DNA of 63,507 nucleotides, the filler included, from Globobulimina sp. (lineage: Eukaryota): the NCBI GenBank assembly GCA_003354225.1. It is 15 parts of 15 records of this genome, joined end to end, with 100 filler letters (N's around TTAATTAATTAA, not from the genome) between each part and the next. Parts side by side here need not be neighbours in the genome. Positions count along the whole stretch, not along the records: positions 8,494 to 12,639 come from PIVH01001558.1; positions 12,740 to 16,883 come from PIVH01001559.1; positions 16,984 to 21,127 come from PIVH01001560.1; positions 21,228 to 25,371 come from PIVH01001561.1; 11 more parts are not named here. One strand, given 5' to 3'. The notes under the pieces were generated by a model that saw only the letters and a list, made by a program, of their open reading frames with translations, searched no databases and had not been told where the DNA came from. The position numbers and the translations under genes were made by a program. Positions 9,951 to 21,735 of the stretch are shown here, piece after piece. Positions within the stretch are counted from its first letter, which is position 1, and each line of letters starts with the position of its first letter.

Positions 9951-12153
9951 CTATGCAAAATTTTCAACAAAGTGAGCATAATAACCGTCTTCAATCTGTA
10001 ATAATTCCTCATGCTTTCCGTATTCAACAACACGTCCTTTAGAAACAACATAAATCAAATTTGCGTTCATGACAGTTTTTAATCGATGCGCGATAACCAC
10101 AACACATCGATTTACCATTATTGTATCCAATGATTCCTTGATCAAATGCTTTGAAATCGGGTCAACATTTGACATTGCTTCATCTAATAACAACACTTTC
10201 GGATTCAATAAAATAACTCTCGCGATCGCAATTCTTTGTTTTTCGCCATCACTTAGATGAATCCCTCTTGTTCCACCAATCAAAGTATCATAACCATCCT
10301 TCAAATTCATTATAAATCCATGCGCATTTGCAATTTTTGCAGCTTTTTCCACATCGCCTTTTGTAATGGACTTAGATTGCCGCCATAAATACATCGACTG
10401 TTCATCGAAGCATTCGGCATCAAAGTATTCATTGTCTTGATCCAATTTGATGCCAAACTTAATATTGTCAGAAACTGTTCTGTTTTCAAACAAATGTATG
10501 TGTTGGCCAACATATCCAATTCTGGAATGTAAAAAAGCTAAGTTATATTTACTAATTTCCACATTGTCGATCAATATCTGCCCTTTTAACAGTTGATGAT
10601 AATTTATCAGTCTCATTACTAATTTGAAGATGGTCGACTTGCCGCCGCCACTCGCTCCGACTAAACAGGTTGTTGTGCACGGCTCAAATCGCAAAGAAAT
10701 GTCAATTAATACTAATTTATCTTTATAATTTGGATAGGCATAATCGATATTTTTTATTTCAACCAAACCTTCAATATCATCGCTCTTTGGGATATAATTA
10801 TTTTCATCATCCGCTTCATTTTCGTGCACATCTAAAATATCGACAATGCGACCAATTGATTCTGAGCCATTGACAATGACCAAAGGAGATAATGTCACTA
10901 ATTGATATACGCACACATTGGACTGCAGAAATAAAAATAAATCCATCACTAATATTCCTAATGTGGTTTCGCTGTCAGTTGTTAATACTGCGCGCGCTCC
11001 ATGCCATATCATACTTAATTTAAATTTGATTACAGAATATAGACAACAACATTAACTTGAAGTGTTTCTAACATTTGTACGTAGAATACCTCAAAGCAGC
11101 AAAATACCATATTAGTTTCATGCAGAATTGATATCTGTAGATGTATTTGTCCCTCGTTGCATGATATTGGAAGGCCTGTTCAATGGATTGCTGATAAAGA
11201 AAGGACTCATCCGCCTCTTTGCTGAATATCTTTATTGTTGTGATGTACATCAACATCTCAGTCACGCCCCGCAGCACCATTTTGAACGCAGCAGTACGTT
11301 TTATGGATATTTTGGCATTTTTCTTGATGTAAACGAAGCTGACGATCACTAAAAACACAAAACTAGTTATTATCATCAGTGCAATGTCCCAGTTCACAAT
11401 GAAGATATACGACAGTCCAAAAATTAAATGTATCAAACACTCACTCATTACGATTAATTTGCAAATAGCAAATCGAACATGTTTCATATCGGTAGAAGCT
11501 AAATATCTTAAATCTCGCTTTTCTTTTACATCAAAAAAGCACAGATTTTGGGCAATTATCTTATCAAAAACCGTGGTATTTAACCTCTTCATAAATGAGC
11601 ATGAAATGCTGGAGCAAAGCATAGATTTTCCGTAATCAATAATGGCCGCAACGATGCAAAGTAAAGCCGAGCTCACAATAAAAACATGAATTAATGTTTC
11701 AGCGGATGCACAATTTACGGAGTTGAGGCTTGGACATAATGCATGTAAACTAACTTGAGAGCTATAGCTGCCGTGTAATAAGTCAATAATTGCACTGATC
11801 AGAATAAAAAACGTTAAACGTATTACACCGGAGCACACTGTGAAAAATAGTGACAAATAAAATAATTGTCGTTCTCTTGGATTCATCAAATCGTGAATCA
11901 GTCGATAAAATAACTGATGGTAAGGTCCGTATGATGTTTTGTCATCTGTTTTATATGGAGCGTCATGCATAAATTTCAACTTTTGTTTTGCCAGTTTTGG
12001 TCCCTTGTGATCTCTACGTGTCAGCAGTACATTGTATTTTAATTCTGTGCTTTCATCATGATCAAAATTGAATGAAGATAGCGATGGCATCTCGGCATCA
12101 TGGCTTATTGCATGCGTTTCTAATGGCGAAAGCATTGGTAACCTTACTGCCAT
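9951..12153 (-). CDS. ABCB-type half transporter (TMD+NBD)
   Basis: TMD exon followed by Walker A GASGGGKST, signature LSDGEKQRIAIAR, Walker B LLLDEA and H-loop IAHRL. Intron 11014..11089. Confidence 0.92.
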
Positions 12154-12933
12154 AGGAACATAATTACAACGGTTTTTGCGATGAATAGCTCACTTCAAGA
12201 AACGAACGGACACAAGTCACACAACAACGTTTGATGTGCAAGGATATTAACTAAATGAAATTACTGTATTTAAGCTTTACATCATTAAGAAAATTAAACA
12301 AAAAAAATAGAAAAATTAATTGAAGCGTATAAATTTATACAAAAAAAAGTCTTGTTTATTTTTTCAATCCCTCTGGTTTTAGAGAAGGACTATAATAAAA
12401 CAAAAAAAAAGCAAAAAATAAAAAAAAAACATTTTCAGAAGCATCTTAATTCATTATAATGGTTTTTTAAACATAAAATTATATTAATATTTTAAAAAAG
12501 GAAATATTATGCTATATAAGTAACAAATTAAGTATATAGAAAAATCATTTTTTAATCTGCAATATATTTTCATTGCCTTTGGCGATGGTCCACCGGCCTC
12601 TTCCTACAATATTCCATAATGCGCCATACCACGTTTCCCNNNNNNNNNNNNNNNNNNNNNNNNNNNNNNNNNNNNNNNNNNNNTTAATTAATTAANNNNN
12701 NNNNNNNNNNNNNNNNNNNNNNNNNNNNNNNNNNNNNNNTAAAACTTCTTTATGGTATCTTGGTGAGACAATGTAAAGATTACCTAAATCAAAAACACCT
12801 CCACCATGTTGAATTGGATTAATATCGTAATATTAAAAACAGCTTATTTAAAATAGAATATTTTGTTCGCAGTAACAGCCGCGGATTTATATTCTAGTGC
12901 AAGGATAACGCATTAAGCCAATAGGCAAATGTT

Positions 12934-13623
12934 TTAAAGTTTGGATCTTATGGCATTCAGCATTGTACTTGCATCTGTTTTCAACAATTGTCCTCGTTTA
13001 GCATTGTTTGGTTCTTGAAAGAAATACTTAATGACTCCATCTTGTGCATAAAACGAGAATCTCTATAATATATTTATTATATTATTATACAGTACGCATT
13101 TGAATGTTAATTATATATCTTAACTGATGCTCTAATTCCTAATCCTTTGGATGTAGCGTCAACAGTTTTGCCGATTGCTTTCACAAATTCCGCATTCGAA
13201 TCCGAAAACATTTGTATTTGAGCTTTGTCTGCATTCGTTTGCTTGGCAAATGCTTCCATAACAAATGGGTCATTCACAGACAAACAAGCAACGATATCAA
13301 TTCCTAAATCTTTAAATTTTTTTGAAAGCCTAAATTAAATTATTTTATTTACATTATGATATGGTTTATTTAATAAATTTAACTTATTATATGATGGAAC
13401 ATGTTTATGTTGACAAGTTGGTGTAAATGCACCGGGTATTCCGAATACAACAATTCGTTTGTTTTTGAATAATTGCTTTGTCGATATTTGTTTTGGACCA
13501 TTCTCCCATATAAATATCTGGCAATAATTCATTATATTAACAGTTGTTATTCATTACAAAAAAAAAAATTCTTAATACATTTGCATTCGGTATAGACTGG
13601 CCAATTAAGTCAGGATCCGCCAT
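12934..13623 (-). CDS. PRDX5: Peroxiredoxin, PRX5/type II (4 exons)
   Basis: VFGIPGAFTPTC..KHVP, CLSVNDPFVM, FSDSNAEF, GLGIRASRFS. Introns 13518..13578, 13330..13383 and 13063..13124. Confidence 0.93.
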
Positions 13624-13814
13624 GTTTAAAATGTTGTGTGTATATTTAGTCGGTCGAAGCAAACCGTTTCTGGTGACGTTTTTGTGCAGATTAAACGTAA
13701 AGGCAGATTGAAAAGGAACTTTGCAGTTAATTGGAAGATTGCTATTAAGCTAAGGCTATTTTTTTAGGATTGCCATTTGTCAGAAGTTTGGTAAATAAGT
13801 TATAAAACATTCAT

Positions 13815-15530
13815 TTAAATTGTATCATTATTGGATATTACGTTAATATTTCTATCCCTTGAAGCAGTAATAATATATTTTGCATTTTTAGCGAATTGTA
13901 TTGCTGTAACATCTTTATGCTGACATTTAAATTGTGCAAATTTATTCCATTTTTTACTTAAATACAATAAAATACCATTTGGTTGTCCAATCGCTAAATA
14001 TTGTCCAGATGGATCAAATCGTATACATTTGACTCTATTTTCAACATTAATTTGCTTTAAAAATTGTTTATCTTTATTTTTACCAATTTTTCTCAAATCC
14101 CATATATTTACCACACCATTTAAATGTCCACAACCTAAATAATATCCATTCTCATTAAAATTTATACATGAAATATTATCGCCATCTGCATCCAAATTAA
14201 AAGTATATCCAATTTGATTTGTGCGAATATCCCATATTTTGAGTTTTTTATTATTACAGCCAGTGGCTAATATTTGTCCGTCTGGATGCAACTCCATTGT
14301 ATTAAATCCAACTCGATCCTCTCTGCCATCACCATCATTGTTATAGATCTCCAGTAAACTCTCTTGTTTTGTCAGTGAATTAAAGCACCATAAACCATCT
14401 CGAGAACAACTCAAAAAATAGTCACTCATTGGATGGCGCGATAAGGATAACACACAATCTTTATGCATATTATTCATATTCCAGACTTTATTACATTTTC
14501 CATCTTGTAATAATTGCCAAACAATACATGAATAATCAGAGGATGCGGATAATAACATATTATTCGGCAAAGGTTTAATATCATTTACCCGCTTATTATG
14601 TCCTTTTAATACATATTCAAATTCTTTGGTTTGTTGATTGTAAATAATAATTTGTGAGTCATTCCCGCCAGACATTACACGTGGATTCAACGGATAGTTT
14701 AGATCCAAAGCAATACAATTTATTCCTGGATCCAATGTTGAATGACATTCATAACTTAAATTATTACATAGAGAGTATTTTTTATTTATAATATCCATTG
14801 AAACGAGTGTTAGGGCTGGTTTTTTGCTCTCTTTTTTACGGACTTTGGCTAAATCTAATGCGGTTAATGTTATTTTTGAGATCAATTCTTCTGATAATTT
14901 ATTCTTATTTTCATTTTTATTTTCATCCTTTTCTTCTTCGATATGGTTATTATCATTGTCATTCTCCTCATCCTTATCAACATCCATACTATTTGCACCA
15001 TTATTGTTTTTTAAGTGCAATGCTTTCATAGTTTCAACCTGTGACAGTGCAGAAGCCATAGATTATTTTGTATTCGCTAGTTCCCTATGTACATATTACA
15101 TAATTAGCGCAAGGATATATAATCAGAGCGAGGATAATGTTTTTAACTGTAATGCACGATCCCTTTCTTGGGTCAATCGGGCAATAACACGAATAGCGGC
15201 ATCATATTGATACATAGAATGGGATAATTGCTGTCGTGCATCTTGTAATTTTTTCTTTGAATTATAAGATTCTAACATTAATTCATCCCATTCATTTTGA
15301 AAAGTATTTAATAATAACGGTATTGACGATGTATTGAGTTGTTTGGGAGGGGATGGTAATTTATGATTGCTTATTGGAATGATGTCGTCCATTGTCATTG
15401 GTTCCGATGTTATTGGACACGTATTGTGCATTTTTAAATGTTTCTCTAATAATGATTTTTCAAAAATATCTCCTGTTTTTTTCGAGATTACAGGATGAAT
15501 ACATCGTTCATTTGAAATGCTGCAAAACAT
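13815..15530 (-). CDS. PRPF19: Pre-mRNA processing factor 19 (U-box, coiled coil, WD40) with an in-frame TAA
   Basis: MFCSIS...PVIS..G.IFEK..CPIT, TSSIP.LL.TFQNEWDELMLE...RQQLSHSMYQYDAAIRVIARL, then WD40 repeats. Intron 15085..15147. TAA at 15063..15065. Confidence 0.92.
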
Positions 15531-15796
15531 TGTCTAAGTTTCTGTTACTTTTTGTTGTGATGATAATGACTATGACGGTACAATCCAAGAAATAAGATTG
15601 GAATAAAGATTTTATTGTTTGAAAAAAACAACACCTTCAAAAAAAAACTTTTACAAACAAAGAACGCGCGCAACATATATTATTTACAAAGATAAGTCAA
15701 CTATTTAGATGATAAAGAATAATCCACAATGTAACATGCGAATAAATGGCGACATGATGGTATAAAATTATCATTGATCAAATAATTTAAAAATAA

Positions 15797-16700
15797 TTAA
15801 AGTCTCTGAATTTTCTGTTGATTAAAATTTGATTCAATATTAATGTTTGACATAAAATCATTTATATTTTGAAATGTTTCCTCCGCACTGTCAATATCCT
15901 CATCGTATGGCACTCCAATCTCAAACACTGGCACATTATCACCACCACCAAACAACCATTGATTGTGTTTATTTTGTAATCCATTTTGGTATTGGTATGT
16001 AACATTATTTTCACCTCTTCGATTTCTAATATTTATTCTATTCATAGTTATATCGATCGGACAATTTAAATAAATGATACCATCCAGTAAATATTTGTTT
16101 GTTTCATTAAAATAATCAAACAGATGATTATATATTAACCTTTCACATTCATTCAAATAATTATTATCATACATAATCTCCGCAAATATACGATTTGCCA
16201 TTGACGATCGTTCAATTAATAAAAAATCAATGTCTTCACTCATTGTAATTGCAGATTGTATTGATTTAATTCTTGTGTATAATGCCCATAACTAATTTAT
16301 ATAGATATAACAAGATGAAATTTCTAGAAATAATGATATCGATTTTAACTTGAAACGATAAGCACCATCTTTGTGGGTCTTTGTACATTTCCGATAACAA
16401 TTGAAATTGGGGCTGTTTACTGTTATCACCATTGATGACACCATTTGCATCATTAAACAGTTTATTATAATTCGCAAAATGTAGAGACTCTGGTTTAAAT
16501 TTTGTAGTATTTTCCCATGCCACAATTGGTTCCGGAATGATTTCTATTTTGTAATTTGACAAACTACTCTTTAATTTTGATAACAATGTTGTTTTGCCTG
16601 AGGCGATTATACCTTCAACCGTCAATATTCTCGGAACTTTATTCATATTAACCATTTTCTCGACGAAAACTTTGCCCAAAGTTTTATTGTTTTGGATCAT
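15797..16700 (-). CDS. Deoxynucleoside kinase (dCK/dGK/TK2 family)
   Basis: TVEGIIASGKTT, EPIVAW, MYKDPQRWCLSFQ, LLIERS, IIYL...RI..RNRRGE. Intron 16292..16349. The start may be a downstream Met. Confidence 0.9.
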
Positions 16701-17916
16701 GTATTTGTATTTACCAGCTCTAGCACAAACAACTTTGACGGTGGTTGGAACAATATTTATGGTAACATCGTTATTGATATGTCGACAAATTCAAAATGTG
16801 CCATTCTCACAGATGTTTGTCCAAGATATCTCAATGTTGGGCAAACAAAAAAATATAAAGAACTTTTTCATTGCGGAGTCTTANNNNNNNNNNNNNNNNN
16901 NNNNNNNNNNNNNNNNNNNNNNNNNNNTTAATTAATTAANNNNNNNNNNNNNNNNNNNNNNNNNNNNNNNNNNNNNNNNNNNNTTGCTTTTTTTTCTTCT
17001 TTTGATGTAATTTTATAATTTTTTTGGTTTGTCTGTGTTTGTTATTTGCAATGAAAAAGAAATTATATAAAGTATGTATATCAAAGGAATGTTGTGTAGA
17101 CTTTTTGTTCTGTGTTATTACTGTTTTTTTCTTTTGACTTTTTTTTAGGTTGAATGCTTGTTTTTTTTTATTTTTATGTAATATTATATTCACTCTTTTT
17201 TCATATCTTTTTTTTCATAAAAATTAGTAAATACTATCAAAAAACAGTCTGCTAAGTGATAGAGTCATCAATGCTCATAATGGGCAACATTGAAATATAT
17301 AAAAATAGATACATTGAATGCGCAATGCTAAATATTTGTGGTGGATCTGAAGGAAACACAGAAAGTGAAATTGAAACAGAACTGGCAGAGCCATCAAATG
17401 ATTCATCCCAAAATAAGGGTTTGTTCATTTCAAAGATTCTCAAAAAATTGTTACATTCATTGAAAAAAAACAAACAAAAATTAAACATAAAACTTGTCAA
17501 TATAACACCAATTGGAATTAAGCTAAAGAACAAAATGTAGGACTACCTCCAAAAACGTCTCACAAACAAAGACCATCATATCGTTCTATGCCGGTGGCTA
17601 TATAGCGAATATATTGTATTGTAATAATGTGATCACATAATGGCATATTCAATCATTATACATTTGTGATTTGTCAGTTTGTTAAAACAGCAGCACTTTG
17701 TATCAAATCCATATGGATTATGGACCTTTGCCAATATATAAATTGTGTAGATTTATTTTGGTTGTATTTTGTTGAGATATTCATGTTTAACTGTTTTAGC
17801 TCGAACTTCGGTGAAAATCATTAAAAATAGTTTCCGCGGATATTTATTTAAACTGTTTTTTAAGCGCCGCAAGAATTAACATTCGCGGCATGAGACAAAA
17901 GTTTATTATTACATAG

Positions 17917-20212
17917 TTATAACATAATACTACAACCAAAATAGTTTGGATTTGATGCATTATTTGGAACAATTGTCTGTCGATTACTAGTATACTTTGC
18001 ATTCTTTGTTATATTAAAATATTTATTAAATATTTCTCTATTTTTTGCAAATCTCTTATCATTTAATAATACATCTTCCCAAACCGCCTCTTTCTCGGAA
18101 TTATGTAAATTAAATACAACATTATAACCTTTAAAATCCATTAAATTCCACCCTGCACTCAATGCAACACAACAATATTCAATAAAACTTTGTGTATCAT
18201 TTCCTGATGAATTACCATTTATTTTTAATCCATTAAAATTTGGATCAATTAAATATTGAAAAGAAACAGAACCAGCTATCAAATTAAATATTCATTTTTA
18301 TACATAATCTGCGCAAAAACTGAACATTTCAATGTGTATAAAACTGAATATTTCAAAATGTACGATACCTAAATGATTATTCCACAGTGTCGAATTACAG
18401 ATAAAATGTGTAATCATATTTGTAATATTAATTTTTTTCAATTTATATTTACTGTCAATACCACTGTTTTTTATCAACGCCGCATAAAAAGCTACCATCT
18501 CTTCATCAGCAAATAACAGCGAATTATCATCCTCAGCCTCATTATAATACGAAAACACATAATTTGTGACAAACTCCAACGTATCAAACCAAAACGCATA
18601 CAAATCTGAATAAAATGTATAAATCTGCGACGGACAAATTTTCATTGCTGAACATTTTTTCTATATCACCAGCAAAATAAAACATACATAATACAGTATC
18701 AACACACAAACATACATAAAACATAAATTTAAATCTTAACTCTTGCAAATTTCCATCGATACTTAACACCGTCATTACGCTGTCTTTTTGCGGGAACATC
18801 GCTCATTGCCTCTTTCATCAGTTTTGACAATGCATCATACGTAAACGCAAAGGCTCGATGAAACAAACCATTCTCTTTCAAATATTCATTATAAACACGG
18901 TTAGAATACACAGTGCCATACGTAAAGGGCAATAATAACCGTCGAATTGGATGATTTGGGTTCAATGTCGACTGCATCGCTTTAATCAATCCCGTAGCTT
19001 CACGAAACCTGCAATGTGCCACCATATCAATTAAAAACGTTGCGACCGTCACACTCACCTTCAAGTAACATAATATGTATAGCGCATTGAAAAGAATATA
19101 TACGTAATACACACAAAATAACCCACCTTCCAGACCCATTTAGCATGCTCCCATTCAGCTTTTGAATATGTTTCTGGAGCATACATCCTTCCATTATGAG
19201 AAAGATAAATTTTCTTAATACAATAATTGCGGTCAAAAAAAGCAGTCGCTCCATATTTGACATATCCGCTCCTCACCTCATAAAACGCCAAAAAACCCAC
19301 ATCATTAATAAATGCAACATCTGCATGTTTATCACTGTTAAATGGCACAGTTCTATGCGCTGCAAAGCCAGAAAACGCAATCAGTGTCAACCACAAATCT
19401 TCAATGTCCGCTTTATTTGTGTTGAAAGCCTGCAATTTATCCAAACGAACACTGGCCCATAAATTAAAGCGTTTTTTGGTTGAAATATTGGTATCAAATA
19501 ACGGTTTGAAAATATTATGATGAATGTAACTTTTTGTTTGTTGCGCATTCATTGCTGAATGTGTGGGTGTTGCAGAAAGCTTATATTCATTGAATTGGTC
19601 ATATTTATGGACCTCTGCTAAATCACCAAAATATTCATCAATCGCTGGCAGATAATATATCTCATTTCTTTCTGTCAAACAGCATGATATTTTAACTGTT
19701 TTCGTAGCATAATCTTTTCTATTAAATGGAGCTGGAAATTTACAAATTGGATAGCTGATTGTTGCTCCATTTTGGTTTATTATTTCCTGTTTTTTTTTAC
19801 TTAACATTGCAGTGCAATATGTATCACATTGTTTTTCTATTTGATCAATGATATCGACATTGGTACGATATGAGGATTGAATATTTTCGTTGTTAATCTG
19901 ATCATAATATCCATGACTTTTTTGCTTGGATTTTTTGGTGTTATCAACATCAATGTTGTTGTCGTTATTTGATGTATATAGCGTTGAAAGGGGACCATTT
20001 ATTGTAGGTTTATTGTTATATGCATTTATATTGGAAACCATTGGGGCTTCATATTGATTATTATTGTTGTTATAACCGTGTTGTTGATTGTAATTATTGT
20101 AATTTCGTTGATTATCTGGCATTATATATATTTCATTTTGAACTTCGTTATCTCTCTCTTCTTCTGGCTCGCCACAAATTGAGGCGCAAACATCGGATTC
20201 AATGTTGCCCAT
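17917..20212 (-). CDS. Lipoxygenase-fold protein, predicted catalytically dead (4 exons)
   Basis: WEHAKW, L.PNHPIRRLLLPF...T...N, Y.FYSD...W......FV..YV..YY, D.E...FY, C-terminal CSIML. Introns 19059..19126, 18661..18740 and 18276..18368. Confidence 0.8.
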
Positions 20213-20304
20213 TTTTGCTTGTCATGAAAAATCACAGAAACGTATAAAACTTTGAGAAACGATGGCGTGGAGTTCTAGCGCACAGACAAAATGATAAGAA
20301 GTAG

Positions 20305-21081
20305 TTAAATCCGACACAGATGAATTTTCTGTAAATTTCTCCTCAACAATGCATGCAACAAATTCTGTGTGAAATTATATTTCATATTATGTAAACTCCG
20401 ATGTCTCCAGAATGGGCAAATTCGATTGTATCGAAATAAGCAATGAGCATTCAAGTATTTCCAATGATAATTATTCCACTGATAACCGTTGAATTGATGT
20501 TTTGAGTCTTTTTGTTTTCTAAAATCATCCACTTTCATTTTCTTTTTAGTTCTGGTTTCTTGTAACAAATCAACCATATTTTTATCTGTCGCTGTTTTTA
20601 GTGTTTTAACCAATGAAATATTTATAAATTGAATGGTTCCATGATTATCACCATCGTATTTCTTAATATTTAGCCACGGCGTTATGTGTATTTGGACAGA
20701 TTTCTCTTTCCTACCTTTGCTCGAATACTGCTTAGTTAATTGCAGACATTCTTGAATGACATTTATCGGAATATTTAGCAAATCATGAAAATCTGATAAC
20801 TTTTTTACTTGTTTGAATAATTTTTTATTTACAATATGTTGCGTTCTTAAATAAATGTGACCTTTTTATTGGTTTTGCAAATATACTGTTCGAAAATTGC
20901 CATCTCTCAGAAGCCAACACCACAAAACAAAAATATATATATTAATACCTCCGGACATTCCACCAACATGAAACAAGATATCTTGTTCCCAGCCCCACTG
21001 CGCTAATAAATCATTCTCTTTTGCATCGATGCCTGTAAATATTGAATAAGATTCGTCACTGCAAGCAAAGTAGTATGGCAT
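20305..21081 (-). pseudogene. Unknown ORF interrupted by one in-frame TAA (20866..20868)
   Basis: ORFs 20866..21081 and 20305..20781 are in the same frame with only that stop between them. No family recognised. Confidence 0.3.
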
Positions 21082-21227
21082 TAAGTTTTAGCTCTGAAAA
21101 TTTTGAACGGTTTTCAAATTTTTGAAANNNNNNNNNNNNNNNNNNNNNNNNNNNNNNNNNNNNNNNNNNNNTTAATTAATTAANNNNNNNNNNNNNNNNN
21201 NNNNNNNNNNNNNNNNNNNNNNNNNNN

Positions 21228-21474
21228 TAGATTAAAGAGAATTGAATGGAATTCAAAAATGCTTTCAACACATAATGTACATACATGATATTCAGAAACA
21301 AAGGCAAACACTACACGTTTTTGGGATGATTGGTCTATAGATATATGCATCAAATTAGCTCGCAATATCATGTACAACAGAAACATAATTTATTTCATGT
21401 ACAAACATACCTGAGAATCATCGCTATTATGTGTTGAAAGCATTTTTGAATTCCATTCAATTCTCTTTAATCTA
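21228..21474. repeat. Perfect 49-bp inverted repeat at a contig start
   Basis: 21228..21276 is the exact reverse complement of 21426..21474. Confidence 0.9.
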
Positions 21475-21735
21475 GCCTTATATTATCATGTCATACAAAT
21501 CCTAATTGCTTAGTTCCGGTACTACCTTAAGCACTATTTTTTCTTTATATTTTTTTTTTATTTTTATTTTTTGTATTTTTATGATCGAATTGTTACTTTG
21601 GTTGGTTTTGTATTCTAAATTTCTAATTCATTGATTTTTTGTATTTTTGTGATAATTCAGTTGATTTTCTATTTTTTTTGTACCGGTTTGATGTAAGGAA
21701 GGTCGCTCAGTTTTTTGCTCGTAGCTAATTAAACC

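Noticed and set aside
15797-16700. Deoxynucleoside kinase as a giant-virus insertion
   Set aside because: It has a typical host intron, sits next to PRP19, and no viral hallmark genes are present.
17256-17540. 94-aa ORF, possibly a terminal exon
   Set aside because: No recognisable motif and no supported exon structure.
17865-17889. GC hairpin GCCGC..GAAT-TAAC-ATTC-GCGGC downstream of the LOX-like gene, as a terminator or Helitron end
   Set aside because: It is short, has no CTRR end or U-tract, and intrinsic terminators do not apply to nuclear genes.
15063-20868. Genome-wide TAA=Gln recoding as in ciliates
   Set aside because: Many genes end in TAA at the expected C-terminus (DLST, PRCP, gamma-CA, PRX5), and AT-rich ORFs of 650-1082 aa have no internal TAA.
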